From: Cyanidioschyzon merolae
Lineage: Eukaryota
Direction: 5' to 3' (one strand)
Length of the DNA stretch: 64,000 bases
Assembly: GCA_000091205.1 (NCBI GenBank)
Contig: AP006497.2
Part shown: positions 10,180-20,082 of the stretch, piece by piece
Numbering within the stretch: position 1 is the stretch's first letter
Layout: each line of letters opens with the position of its first letter
Position numbers and translations under genes: made by a program
Notes under the pieces: model-generated
What the model was told of the DNA's origin: nothing
Database searches by the model: none
The model's input: only the letters and a program-made list of their open reading frames with translations

Positions 10180-12414
10180 TCACGCGGTAAATGCTTGTAC
10201 CCATAATGCGTTCCACTGAGCGAGTGCGGACAGCCAGTCGTGACGGATGCTCGGCTGGTCGACCTCATGATCATTCGCTGCGGCGCCGTGCCTGCTGGCA
10301 TCATCCATGCGAGACTCTGGTGCGACACATGCGGAGGCCTCGCTCGAGGACTCAGTCACTGAAGCGCTTGTATGAACATCAGTCGACATCCATAAGCAGG
10401 TATCGAACAACGCGTACGTGATCTCATGTCCAGGGGATACGTTTCGAGCCGCACACTGCGGCAAGATGTGTTGAATGACGATTTCGAGCAGCTGGCGACG
10501 TAAGCACGCTGGCAAGTCCGTCGAGGAAAACATGCGGCTTGCTCGCTGCAGCATCTCCAAAATTTGTTCATCAGAGAGGAATATTCCGCGAAGTTTGCAT
10601 AGGATAAGCTCGTAAAACTGAGCATAGTCCGGCAAAAACGCAAGCGCTGCTAAAATTTGCCGCCGCTGTTGACCCACGGAAGCAGGAGCCGGGCGATCCT
10701 GCAGCGCAGCCTCAAACGCGTCCAATAAACTCTGCTTCTGTGCAAGAAACCACATCATGTCCGGCAACCGCACGGAATCACCGATTTCCAGGCGGCGCAT
10801 CTGTGCAGTGCAACATCGCAAAGCCTTTTCTTTTTGCCCCAGAAGGACCCATTCGTAGAAGGCAGCAGGCCATATTGCGTTTGCTTCCAGCAGGCGCGCA
10901 CGAGCAGCGTGCAGCGCATCGCCCAAGGCCTCGCGCTCTAAAGTGGCGACTCCCGCACGGTGCATCATGCGTATTGCTTCGGCCTCGAACAGCCGTTGCT
11001 CCCGAAGAGAATGCAGACTGGATGGGATCAAGGCCAAAAGCATTCCTGACACGGCATTGGCCGCGGCAAACGACGTCCGGTAACGTAGAGTCATGCGCCA
11101 ATAGTCGGTAAATTCAGTGCGCTCCATGAGTGTGTCAGCGTATCGCTGCATAAGCGGGCCTGCGATGGACGTCATACCGCTCGGAGGAGAACATGTGTCC
11201 GCCATGTGAACGGCGTGCCAGATCCCAAAGGGAAAAAGTGTCAGTGCCACTATGGCTTCTTCAAAGTGGCCCATAGCTATCGCGTTGGATATCCAGTACA
11301 GCACTGCAGCGGGTTCCAGACTGCCTTCTCGTATCGTATCGAGGTACTCGGCAGGGGACGCGAGCGGAAACCTCAGACAAGCGCTTTTCGCTGCTTTCGA
11401 GGAGAGCGCTGCGAATGAGCGCTCGTCCTCATAGCTTCCGCGTCCGTACAACACATGGGCTATGAAATCATCCGCCCAGTTCCTTACAACGTCTAGGGAA
11501 AATTCCTCCTCACCACTGAGGCATTTTAGGAGTTGATTCGCCTCATGGAGCCCGTCTATGTTGCGTCCATTAGCTCCTAGCTGTGAAAGCGTCTCTGCGG
11601 CAACAGCGCACGCTTCCTGCCATTGTCTCCAGTTCGGGGCAGTGAGTGTTTCGGGAGCCTCGTGCAGCGCTGCCGCCACCAGCTCAAGAACCGATGTCGC
11701 GTCTAGCAGTTGTGTGTCGCCACCCGCTCGATCGTTCCTGCTTTTGGACAGCGCAGCGCCCAGCAGCTCCAGCGCAGCAGAAGGTCGACCCTGGGCGCAG
11801 GCGCGATGAACGGCCCGCCAGTCCAGGGTGCCGGAGCGTTCAGAAGGTGCGCTTTCCGGGTGCTCGGGTTCTGCGGTACTCACGCCAGCATACCACTGGT
11901 GCAGACACTCGTCGATGGACAAAACATTTTCAAGCGGCTCGTCGCAAAAAAGCAGCGCCTGGGCAAGCCGCCAAATGCCCCCGAGCGCGGGTAAACTCGC
12001 CAGCACCCGCGCCTCTTCTGAACTGCCACAGTCGCTCGCTTCAAGACCGTGTGCCGAAGTTGACTGCGCACTCACCTGCTCTACCAGGTCGACATAGGAT
12101 TTCCAGGCAACATGGCGCTCACGCGAGCTTCGCACACCAGGCTGATCGCGAAAGCAGCGCCATATTGCATAACCACCACAAACGAGCTGTGCTGTGGGCG
12201 TTAAAGAGCCGTTCTGGAACACTTGCATGACCCGATCGGGACGCCTCGTCCACCAGTCGAGTGCAGGGACGCTGCCTGCCACTTCCAGTGCGATCAAGTT
12301 CCGAACCCAGAGATAGACTCTGGGTACACGTGGAGAACGGAGCTGGTGCAGGCCCTGAAGGATGCATTCTTCTCTAGCTGCAGTGCGCCGGTGCGCGAGC
12401 GCAGGTCCGAACAT
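10180..12414 (-). CDS. NUP85: Nucleoporin Nup85 (Nup75)-like alpha-solenoid protein
   Basis: The 744-aa ORF has several segments I can align from memory to human NUP85. 'GIWRLAQALLFCDE' resembles 'ELIWNLCEILFIE'. 'DWRAVHRACAQGRPSAALELLGAALSK' resembles '[23 protein letters not shown]'. 'NWRQWQEAC' resembles 'KWQHWHEECE'. 'VRNWADDFIAHVLY' resembles 'LSNWYHFLVTRLLY'. 'WHAVHMADT' resembles 'WFVAHLTDL'. This is a memory-based alignment, not a search. Confidence 0.6.
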   Translation of the reverse strand: MFGPALAHRRTAAREECILQGLHQLRSPRVPRVYLWVRNLIALEVAGSVPALDWWTRRPDRVMQVFQNGSLTPTAQLVCGGYAIWRCFRDQPGVRSSRERHVAWKSYVDLVEQVSAQSTSAHGLEASDCGSSEEARVLASLPALGGIWRLAQALLFCDEPLENVLSIDECLHQWYAGVSTAEPEHPESAPSERSGTLDWRAVHRACAQGRPSAALELLGAALSKSRNDRAGGDTQLLDATSVLELVAAALHEAPETLTAPNWRQWQEACAVAAETLSQLGANGRNIDGLHEANQLLKCLSGEEEFSLDVVRNWADDFIAHVLYGRGSYEDERSFAALSSKAAKSACLRFPLASPAEYLDTIREGSLEPAAVLYWISNAIAMGHFEEAIVALTLFPFGIWHAVHMADTCSPPSGMTSIAGPLMQRYADTLMERTEFTDYWRMTLRYRTSFAAANAVSGMLLALIPSSLHSLREQRLFEAEAIRMMHRAGVATLEREALGDALHAARARLLEANAIWPAAFYEWVLLGQKEKALRCCTAQMRRLEIGDSVRLPDMMWFLAQKQSLLDAFEAALQDRPAPASVGQQRRQILAALAFLPDYAQFYELILCKLRGIFLSDEQILEMLQRASRMFSSTDLPACLRRQLLEIVIQHILPQCAARNVSPGHEITYALFDTCLWMSTDVHTSASVTESSSEASACVAPESRMDDASRHGAAANDHEVDQPSIRHDWLSALAQWNALWVQAFTA

Positions 12415-12642
12415 TCCACTGGGGGCTCGCTTTCACAGCCCGACGTTCACGACTGTTGGCTTGCACTGCGTCTAACCGACACGAGCAGCAGCAAGCCTGC
12501 CTTTTATTTCTCAGTGTGACACTTTAACATACGATAAAAGGGTGCTCGCTTCAAATCAATTGAAGCTATCACGGGCCGGTTGCGCAGAGGAAGCACAGGC
12601 TACTGGTGAGGAAGAGGCCTCCGGTTTCCAGCGAAGCTACCC
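12415..12642. promoter_or_regulatory. 228-bp head-to-head bidirectional promoter region between the Nup85-like (-) and lysyl-tRNA synthetase (+) genes
   Basis: The start codons of the two divergent ORFs are 228 bp apart. The spacer is AT-richer than its flanks and contains 'ctcgcttcaaatcaattgaagc' with a 'caattg' core. The function is inferred from arrangement only. Confidence 0.4.
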
Positions 12643-14469
12643 ATGCGACCGAGACTGCTCTTCTTGTCGTCGCTACCCCAGCGCTACTGGGGCAGGTTCA
12701 CCAACCCAAGTTTCTGTCTGCACGAAGCGAGCGTTCGATCGTTGCGCAGACACGGCGGTAAGCAGGGTCACTCGCCGAGCTTGGAGCTGCTTGCCTCGGA
12801 CGCGGCCCCTGAGCACTCGGCGAAGGTTCAGGCCGCAACGGCGTCCTCGGCGGCTGCGTCGCCAGCACCGAAGAATGCTCGGGGCCGCCAAAACCCCAAT
12901 ATCGCTAGCCCCGAGTCGGGTGCAACTGCAAACAACCTTCGCGTACTGCGGAGCGCCCGCCTCGAGAAAGTTCACGCCATGCGTCAGGCTGGAGTCGAGC
13001 CCTACGCGTACCGTTTCGAGGTGAGCCACTCGACACAGGATCTTCACCAGTTGTTTGGGGACGTCGAACCAGGCACGATCCGGGATGATGTTCATGTTTC
13101 GATCGCAGGCCGCATCATGAATCGTCGCATCTTTGGGAAACTGGCCTTTTTCACACTCCAGGACTCGAGCGGTACGATCCAGCTTTATTTGGACAAACAA
13201 CGCATCACCGAGCACATGCAAAATCGAATACCTGAATCTTTTTCGCGGTTGAAACAGTGGATCGACGCAGGTGATATCATTGGGGTCACTGGCTCGATCC
13301 GAAGAACTGAAAAAGGCGAACTTTCTGTCTACGTTAAGGAATGGACGATGCTTACCAAGTCCCTGCGTCCTTTACCGGACAAGTGGCACGGCCTCACGGA
13401 CATTGAGAAGCGCTATCGCCAACGCCACATGGATCTCATCGTGAACCCCGCTGTACGTGATGTGTTCCGCAAGCGGGCTCAGATCACTGCCGCGATTCGA
13501 CGCTTTCTCGATACGCACGGCTTTTTGGAAATCGAGACACCTGCGCTGCACCAACAGGCTGGTGGAGCCGAGGCACGTCCCTTCGTGACGCATCACAATG
13601 CCCTGGACATGGATTTGTATCTGCGAATCGCCACGGAACTGCATCTAAAGCGACTGGTGGTGGGCGGCTTCGATCGCGTCTACGAAATGGGCCGCATCTT
13701 TCGAAACGAGGGCATTAGTACGCGGCATAATCCCGAGTTTACCAGTATTGAGATTTATCAGGCGTATGCGGACTATGGGGATATGATGCGTCTCATGGAG
13801 GATCTGGTGGTGCAGGTCCTGCGGGATGTGCATCAGGGTGTGTTGCAGGTTCGCTATCAAGATACAGAGTTGGACTTTAGTCCACCGTGGCGGCGCGTTT
13901 CCCTCTTTCAGATGCTTCAGGAGCGCACCGGAATGGACTGGCGCTCCACTGCTTTGAGTCTGGAGGAGGCGCGAGCGCTCGCTCACAAGCACGGCTGCCC
14001 GGCTGGCGATGCACGTAGTATAGCCGAAGTCGCGGTAGCGGTGTTTGAATCGCTTTGCGAGTCGGATCTCGTGCAACCGACGTTTGTTGTCGACCATCCG
14101 AGGGAGACGAGTCCGCTTGCGAAGCCGCACCGCTCCGAATCGGGCCTTGTGGAGCGTTTTGAAGTTTATTGCGCGGGTCGAGAGCTCGCGAACGCGTTCT
14201 CGGAACTGACGGATCCTGTGGATCAACGGGAGCGTTTCGTAGAGCAGTCTGCCCGTAAAGCGGCCGGGGACCTTGAAGCGTGCGACGTTGACGAGTCGTT
14301 TCTGGCGGCCCTGGAGACTGGTATGCCGCCAACAGGAGGTCTCGGAATCGGAATCGACCGTCTCGTGATGCTGTTGACGAATGCGCCCAGTATTCGGGAT
14401 GTCATCGCTTTTCCGCTGCTGCGGCCGACGTTGGAGTACCCGAACGACGGGTCAGATGATGCAGAATAG
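12643..14469 (+). CDS. KARS: Lysyl-tRNA synthetase (class II) with an N-terminal extension of about 110 aa
   Basis: The 608-aa ORF has a canonical LysRS core. '[27 protein letters not shown]' is the anticodon-binding OB fold. '[10 protein letters not shown]...[72 protein letters not shown]' carries class II motifs 1 and 2. '[15 protein letters not shown]' is motif 3. The N-terminal '[19 protein letters not shown]...RSLRRHGG' is R/S/L-rich. Confidence 0.9.
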   Translation: MRPRLLFLSSLPQRYWGRFTNPSFCLHEASVRSLRRHGGKQGHSPSLELLASDAAPEHSAKVQAATASSAAASPAPKNARGRQNPNIASPESGATANNLRVLRSARLEKVHAMRQAGVEPYAYRFEVSHSTQDLHQLFGDVEPGTIRDDVHVSIAGRIMNRRIFGKLAFFTLQDSSGTIQLYLDKQRITEHMQNRIPESFSRLKQWIDAGDIIGVTGSIRRTEKGELSVYVKEWTMLTKSLRPLPDKWHGLTDIEKRYRQRHMDLIVNPAVRDVFRKRAQITAAIRRFLDTHGFLEIETPALHQQAGGAEARPFVTHHNALDMDLYLRIATELHLKRLVVGGFDRVYEMGRIFRNEGISTRHNPEFTSIEIYQAYADYGDMMRLMEDLVVQVLRDVHQGVLQVRYQDTELDFSPPWRRVSLFQMLQERTGMDWRSTALSLEEARALAHKHGCPAGDARSIAEVAVAVFESLCESDLVQPTFVVDHPRETSPLAKPHRSESGLVERFEVYCAGRELANAFSELTDPVDQRERFVEQSARKAAGDLEACDVDESFLAALETGMPPTGGLGIGIDRLVMLLTNAPSIRDVIAFPLLRPTLEYPNDGSDDAE

Positions 14470-15623
14470 CGGTGTTTGGAATGAGAATGGCAGCTCGTGA
14501 CCGGGCCTGATCGAAATGCTGTTAGAGATGCTTGATCTTTTGTATGGCAGGGGATATGCTCGTTAGATACGGCGAGCGTTGACTATCCGCGACTGCGTGC
14601 TTCATGTGCTGGAAAAACCACATCCTGATGACGCACTGTTGCTGCACAAGCAATGGCAATGCTGAAAAACACCAGGGAGAATCGGATGAACTTACACCAT
14701 TTAGTATGTCCTTGGATCGACTCATTTGTATTCCGTCGAGTTCAGGTGTAGCAACGACGATCAAGAGGGCGCAGCAGGGGTCGTCATGCTTTGGGGCAAG
14801 TGCACCGGCCACGTTGGTGAGCGTCGACTTGCACGGAAACCATGTTCGCCTCGATTGACTCCAGCTGCTTGTACAGAGGCGAGCCATACCCGGATTACCA
14901 CTGGCAGGCACGGAATTATTGGGAGACGAGAGCGCGTACGTGTCGGTGTGTTTTTGTGGGGCTACAGATGCGATGCCTCAAGACGAAGAACGCTGGTCTT
15001 CGGCGCCGGACATGCGGAAATGCATTCTGTCACAACATTACCGTGAAAAGTGGTGTGTTCATGTGCATGGGCGTGCGTGACCTCCCAGACGAATTCGGAC
15101 GCTACTGAATGAGTATACTATTGGGAAGCGTGGTGGACAAATGGATCGTCGGCTTATTGCCATCAAAGCTGGCATCTTCGTGTGTGAATCATTTAGATGA
15201 GTTCGAAAGCAACTGAATGTGTACATTGGCAGGGATCGCAAGTGCCTTGCTCGCGAGCATCGCAAAAACCGCAAACGTACCAGCGTCCACAGACGACGCA
15301 CGCTGACCGAGGTATGTCATCGGATGGATACGCTTGATGCTGATGCTGCCGGATAGCAAACACCATGCTCAGCAAGCGCGTTGGCCCTCAGCATGTCGGA
15401 CAAGGGCTTGCGTTCCATAGGAAACATTCCATGCTCCGTTGGGGCCCAGCCCTGCGGGACGAATTCCATGGGTCAAATCTTCGACAAGGCAAGGTCTACC
15501 AGTTACAAGACATGTAGTAGTCTTTTACCGCGAGTCGTCGGTGCTTGTTCGCGACTCGAGTACTTCAAGTTCCCAAAGAATTCTTGTCATGCTGCCACGA
15601 AACACGCGTTCCGCACCCACATG

Positions 15624-17204
15624 CTATGTCCGTGGCTTGCGTAGCGTTCGGAGGTAGCTGCGCAGCATGTTCAGTACCGTGAATACCATTCGTAGCATAT
15701 GCAGAAACCATAGACGCATTCGGTATCTAATCAGCCGGCTGAGGCCAATGATGCCCATGGTGGAGGTCGCACGGCCCCCAGCCTCTGCAGGGTCGACGAA
15801 TGCAGCGCGATCGCTGGTACGCTCCGTTGGAGACGCCCCCCATGCGACCGTGTTTTCGTCCATAGATATTTCTGGGCAGCTCAGATTTTCCAGGTCCTCG
15901 GCAGAGATTTCCACATCTGCTGTAGTTGCTCCGTCTTCGGATTCGCTTTTGCCGGGACGCCAGCCACGGCGGATGGCGTAAAGAATGTCTAACCTTTGTC
16001 GCCCTAGTTCAACCGAGGTCACTTTTGCAGGTTCCGAGGGAGCGCGTTTCGTCGTCGACTGGCCTGTTGGGACGCGAAAGACATCCGATATCCTGCGAGG
16101 CCTGCCCAGCGGTCGACGCGGCATCCTTTCCAGAGTCCCAGGCTCTTGAGCGTGCGCATTCGCAAGCTCGTCTCGGGTTGGCTCGTGTTCGGTGCTCTCT
16201 TTCGCGTCGGAATCGGTCGCCATGCTCCCGAGTGTTTGATGCTCAATAGCAGAGGCGTGCTCTGATTCGGTTTCATCATGCGGCATTGCTTCGAGCGAAT
16301 GATTCGAGTCATCGGGCGCGAGCTCTGTCTCCGAGGCAGCTTCGGCGGCAGTAGACGGTCCATTCAGCACAACGTCTGAATCAGCCAGTCCATCCACGGG
16401 CTGCACCAGATCTTGATCACGCTCTGTGTTCGTTTCGTCAAAAGGATGAGTAAGTACTAGATCTGCTGTTTTTTCTGCCGAGGTTCCATCCGTGTGTGCG
16501 TTCGTTTCCTCTTGCGCTAATGAATTGCCTGTGATCTCCTCCAGACAGCGCTGCATCGGCGCAGTTGCACCATCAAAAAGAGTACCCATTCCGAAAGGCT
16601 CGTCTGGTAGCGCTGATGAAGATAAAAGAGGCGATTCCTTCATCCTATCACTGTTCAAGTCATCGACAATGCCTTCCGGCGCTTTCGAGTTCGAGGGCTC
16701 TTTCTTATGCAGCAACCGTGCCTCTTCGGCTCCAGGAACCGTTGCCTCCGTTCGGGGTGAAGCTTTTGCCTGGTGTTCCTCACAACGCAGCGGTGTCGCA
16801 CCACGTATAATCTCCGATCGGCCGGCTCGTGAGCTCTCTCCACCGACACGTACAGAGTGATCAATAGGTACCTCTTCCCGCGCTTGCGCCGCGGGATAAG
16901 ATGTCTGGTCTGCAGTGCGGAGATGATCACTTTCCGTATGGCAAGACTGGGTCGCCGCAGATTTGCTTGAATACTTCCGCCGCCTCCCGAGGTCGTTTAT
17001 CTTTACCTGAAACCAAAAGCGCCGTTGGTGGAGAGCGTCCATAAGCAAGCGCGCAGACGGCGCCTTGCCGCCATAGAGGTGTCGCTCCATGCAGCTTCTG
17101 TCCAACCCATAGTGGACACGACAAGTGGGTTTCTCCAGACCGCGACTACGGTGATACGCAGCATGCATACCCGAAGGCGTTGTGTAACAAAACATAGGCC
17201 TCAT
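15624..17204 (-). CDS. Hypothetical acidic, low-complexity protein with a C-terminal hydrophobic segment
   Basis: The 526-aa ORF is uninterrupted, D/E/S/T-rich and predicted disordered. Its C-terminus 'MGIIGLSRLIRYRMRLWFLHMLRMVFTVLNML' is hydrophobic. No family is recognised and the coding status is uncertain. Confidence 0.35.
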   Translation of the reverse strand: MRPMFCYTTPSGMHAAYHRSRGLEKPTCRVHYGLDRSCMERHLYGGKAPSARLLMDALHQRRFWFQVKINDLGRRRKYSSKSAATQSCHTESDHLRTADQTSYPAAQAREEVPIDHSVRVGGESSRAGRSEIIRGATPLRCEEHQAKASPRTEATVPGAEEARLLHKKEPSNSKAPEGIVDDLNSDRMKESPLLSSSALPDEPFGMGTLFDGATAPMQRCLEEITGNSLAQEETNAHTDGTSAEKTADLVLTHPFDETNTERDQDLVQPVDGLADSDVVLNGPSTAAEAASETELAPDDSNHSLEAMPHDETESEHASAIEHQTLGSMATDSDAKESTEHEPTRDELANAHAQEPGTLERMPRRPLGRPRRISDVFRVPTGQSTTKRAPSEPAKVTSVELGRQRLDILYAIRRGWRPGKSESEDGATTADVEISAEDLENLSCPEISMDENTVAWGASPTERTSDRAAFVDPAEAGGRATSTMGIIGLSRLIRYRMRLWFLHMLRMVFTVLNMLRSYLRTLRKPRT

Positions 17205-19666
17205 TATTTAAGAATGATGACTCGAGCTCTGAGAAGAGCGGAACGCTATCGCCGAAAACCGGGAAAGCCATCCATGCAGCGGGATCGCGAGGTCGAGTGA
17301 GTCGCTCCCGGGCCGCTCGCAGCGCCCCCGCCAATTTCGTGGTCGCAATCGGAGTTTCGATTTTCGGGAAATTGACGGCTGCTGCTCGGCTGGAGAACCG
17401 GTGGTGAGTCAGTTCTTGTAGGCGTGGAGAATTCCGGAACACCTGTACCAGAATACCCCTTTCGTTTCAGTATATTTCTGTCATAGAGAATCAACGAAAA
17501 AATGTATCATGCAGGTTGGGGGAAGCTTGCGGACAAAAGGGATGATGTCGCTGCTGCCTTGTGACAAACGGCCTTGCTTCTGCCCGCTAGTCATTCCAAG
17601 GCCAGCACGTGGATGAACCGCTCTTGTTCTAGTCCTAACACGGAACGTTGTCCACGTAAATCAGAAATCAAACGCTATGTACACGATTGTCTACGTGCTA
17701 CTCTAGTCCACTGGAAAGTTTCCCCGTTGAATGCTATCAAACGAGGTACTGGATTTCAAGTTTCAGTATCGTTGATACGAACGATGATAAATAAATAGGC
17801 TTGGGAAAAGAATGAAGCACGGTTCTATGGGAAACCGTTGCGCATTGAAAACCATGCTCTCGGTTTCGCACTGAAACATGCACGCTTATTATGAAAGCGA
17901 CGGATGTTCACGTCACTCCATGAGACTGCAATCGGGAGCATTGTCAGATCCATGCATATGTGCACTGAACAAATGGGCAACTGCTGTCCATAAAGAACAT
18001 ACAAGCGTGTATGACGAGAACATCAGTCGAAATGGCGATTCGGTTGTGTATTCGGTAGCCTGTTCAACGCGCTGGAAGCAAAAGTCACCAATTCGCGGTG
18101 TCGTTGGGTTGTGGTAGCCACTATGACGGTGGGCGCAGTACAGCGCGCAAAGGCTGCCATCCCGCCCCCTTGGCAAGCGCGTATGGTGTGCACAGGGTTC
18201 GATGCTATACGAGTCCCACGGATATGTTCAGGACCGAATACACGTGCGAGGGTCACAGATGCGCGCTGAACCAGGCGGAGAAACAGTATTCAAGCAGAGA
18301 CAGACGCACAAGGTGGTGTGCGGTAAGCTGATCGATTGTCGGCTACCAGGGCAATAATTGGTGAGAGTCTTGCTGTGGTGCACGTGCGCCAGCGATGGTG
18401 TGCCGAAGCGTTTCCTGTTCCGTACCCTAAACGGCTCGATAAACAGCAAGGAATGTCTTGTGCTCCTGGAAAGACCGGCGGATTAACTTCGAGAGAAGGT
18501 TCGGAGACATCGTTTGGTAGTTGGTATGGGTATGATAATGAAACGCTGAAGACTTGTGATACAAAAAAATCAGTGGCCAGAGAGACGGCATTGGAGTCTC
18601 GGATGGAGCAAGGCAACGACATGATACAGATCAACAATCGAGCCAGTCTACAGCGTTGCGTATAGGTGGATAGGGAACGGTTTTCTTGAGCAAGTGGTCA
18701 TCGACGCTGGCGCTCTGTTATTTGACATTATCGTATAAATCGATTCGATGAGTTAAACAAATTCATCTTGGGTACGGGAATCAGCCTGCAGATATCAAGG
18801 AGACAATCGAGTCACTGCGCGCACTTCAACGCTCGGGAAACTCGAGAATTACCTCTATTCCGTGCAGAGAGGTTCAGTAAATTCAGCAATTTTCTGGATG
18901 TCACTTATCCCGGAGACTGGATTTTGCTGGGGCGCCTCCTGCCGGCGATGGCGCGCACTCATGCTTTTTCGCATCCAGAGGAAAAGTACGCTCCAAGAAG
19001 ACCAGGAGGTCGAGGCAAACAGTTTTCGCTGCACCGCGACCTGCGAAGCAAATTTCATCACTTGCGTCATCCAGTAGGCACACGAGACCCAGTCCAGATG
19101 CGATGCACGCAACAGTGGCGAATTTCCGCGTTTCGCTACGTGCTTCCCCCAGGAACACCAGTTCTCATAGAAGGTTGCTATCGTTTTTGCGGGAGATCAC
19201 CATGAGCTGACCTCCGGTTCTCAGCGACTTTCGGACCCATTCATACCAGTCCTATCGCACTGATGAACTAGCGTCGACGTTTTGCGGATATCGCTAGAAC
19301 GCATGCGTCCATGTTTCTTGCATCGTACTTGCTCGGACACGGACACCAAGGCTAGATTCACTGACATGGCGGCCTCCCAGAGTTTTCTCACGTGTCCATG
19401 CATTTGAAAGAGACGTGATCGGAATCCCGCTGCCCCAACGTAGTATCCATTGAATCTGAAAACTTTATGAAGTAGCCTTTGCAGATCGCTGGTGCATCGT
19501 ATCTGATTCATTGTTTGTAGCAAACAAAAGCGTCATGTCTCTAACGTTTGCTAACACGTATAGGGGGAAGAACGGCATGGCTAGAGTTATTTGTGTACCA
19601 CGTGCAAGGCTACCTGCAATATATCCATGGAGCCCCTGCTGCGACGAACTTATGAGGAAAGGCGGG

Positions 19667-19771
19667 CCGCTCTTCTGCGAACAGGTGAGCTGAAACGATC
19701 AACTCTTTTGCGAACAGATGAGCTGAAACGATCCGCTCTTTTGCGAACAGGTGAGCTGAAACGATCCGCTC
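19667..19771 (+). repeat. Minisatellite, 33-bp unit x3 ('ctcttttgcgaacag[g/a]tgagctgaaacgatc[c/a][g/a]')
   Basis: Three tandem near-identical units are read directly, about 310-415 bp upstream of the TRRAP-like start codon. Confidence 0.85.
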
Positions 19772-19812
19772 GAGCGTTCCCTGGCGATTTACCCCGCCGC
19801 CGCTTGCCGCCC

Positions 19813-19910
19813 TGCGCACGCATTCCCCCCATTTCCCCCCATTTCCCCCCATTTCCTCAGTGCGCACGCATTCCCCCCGGCGCACGCATGCCGCCATGCG
19901 CACGCATGCA
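19813..19910 (+). repeat. Cluster of short direct repeats: 'ccccccattt' x3 and 'gcgcacgcat' x4
   Basis: Direct reading of 19813-19910. It lies in the divergent intergenic region upstream of the TRRAP-like gene. Confidence 0.8.
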
Positions 19911-20082
19911 GTGAGACACGTAGGAGCGGTGCTCGTAACCTGCGCACGTACACCAACAGCTTCTGCTTCATAGTTCAGTTGCATTTGTTTCAGCCTCCTC
20001 AGCGGCACTTTTTCAGGCACGAGAGCCGTATCGCTGAGGGCAAGTCGAACTGGTGCTGCAGGTGAGGCTCTAGCCTGAACAG

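Noticed and set aside
19667-19771. CRISPR-like array, from regularly spaced ~33-bp repeats
   Set aside because: The units are directly adjacent with no unique spacers between them. There are only three copies, and the genomic context is eukaryotic and upstream of a TRRAP gene. This is a minisatellite.
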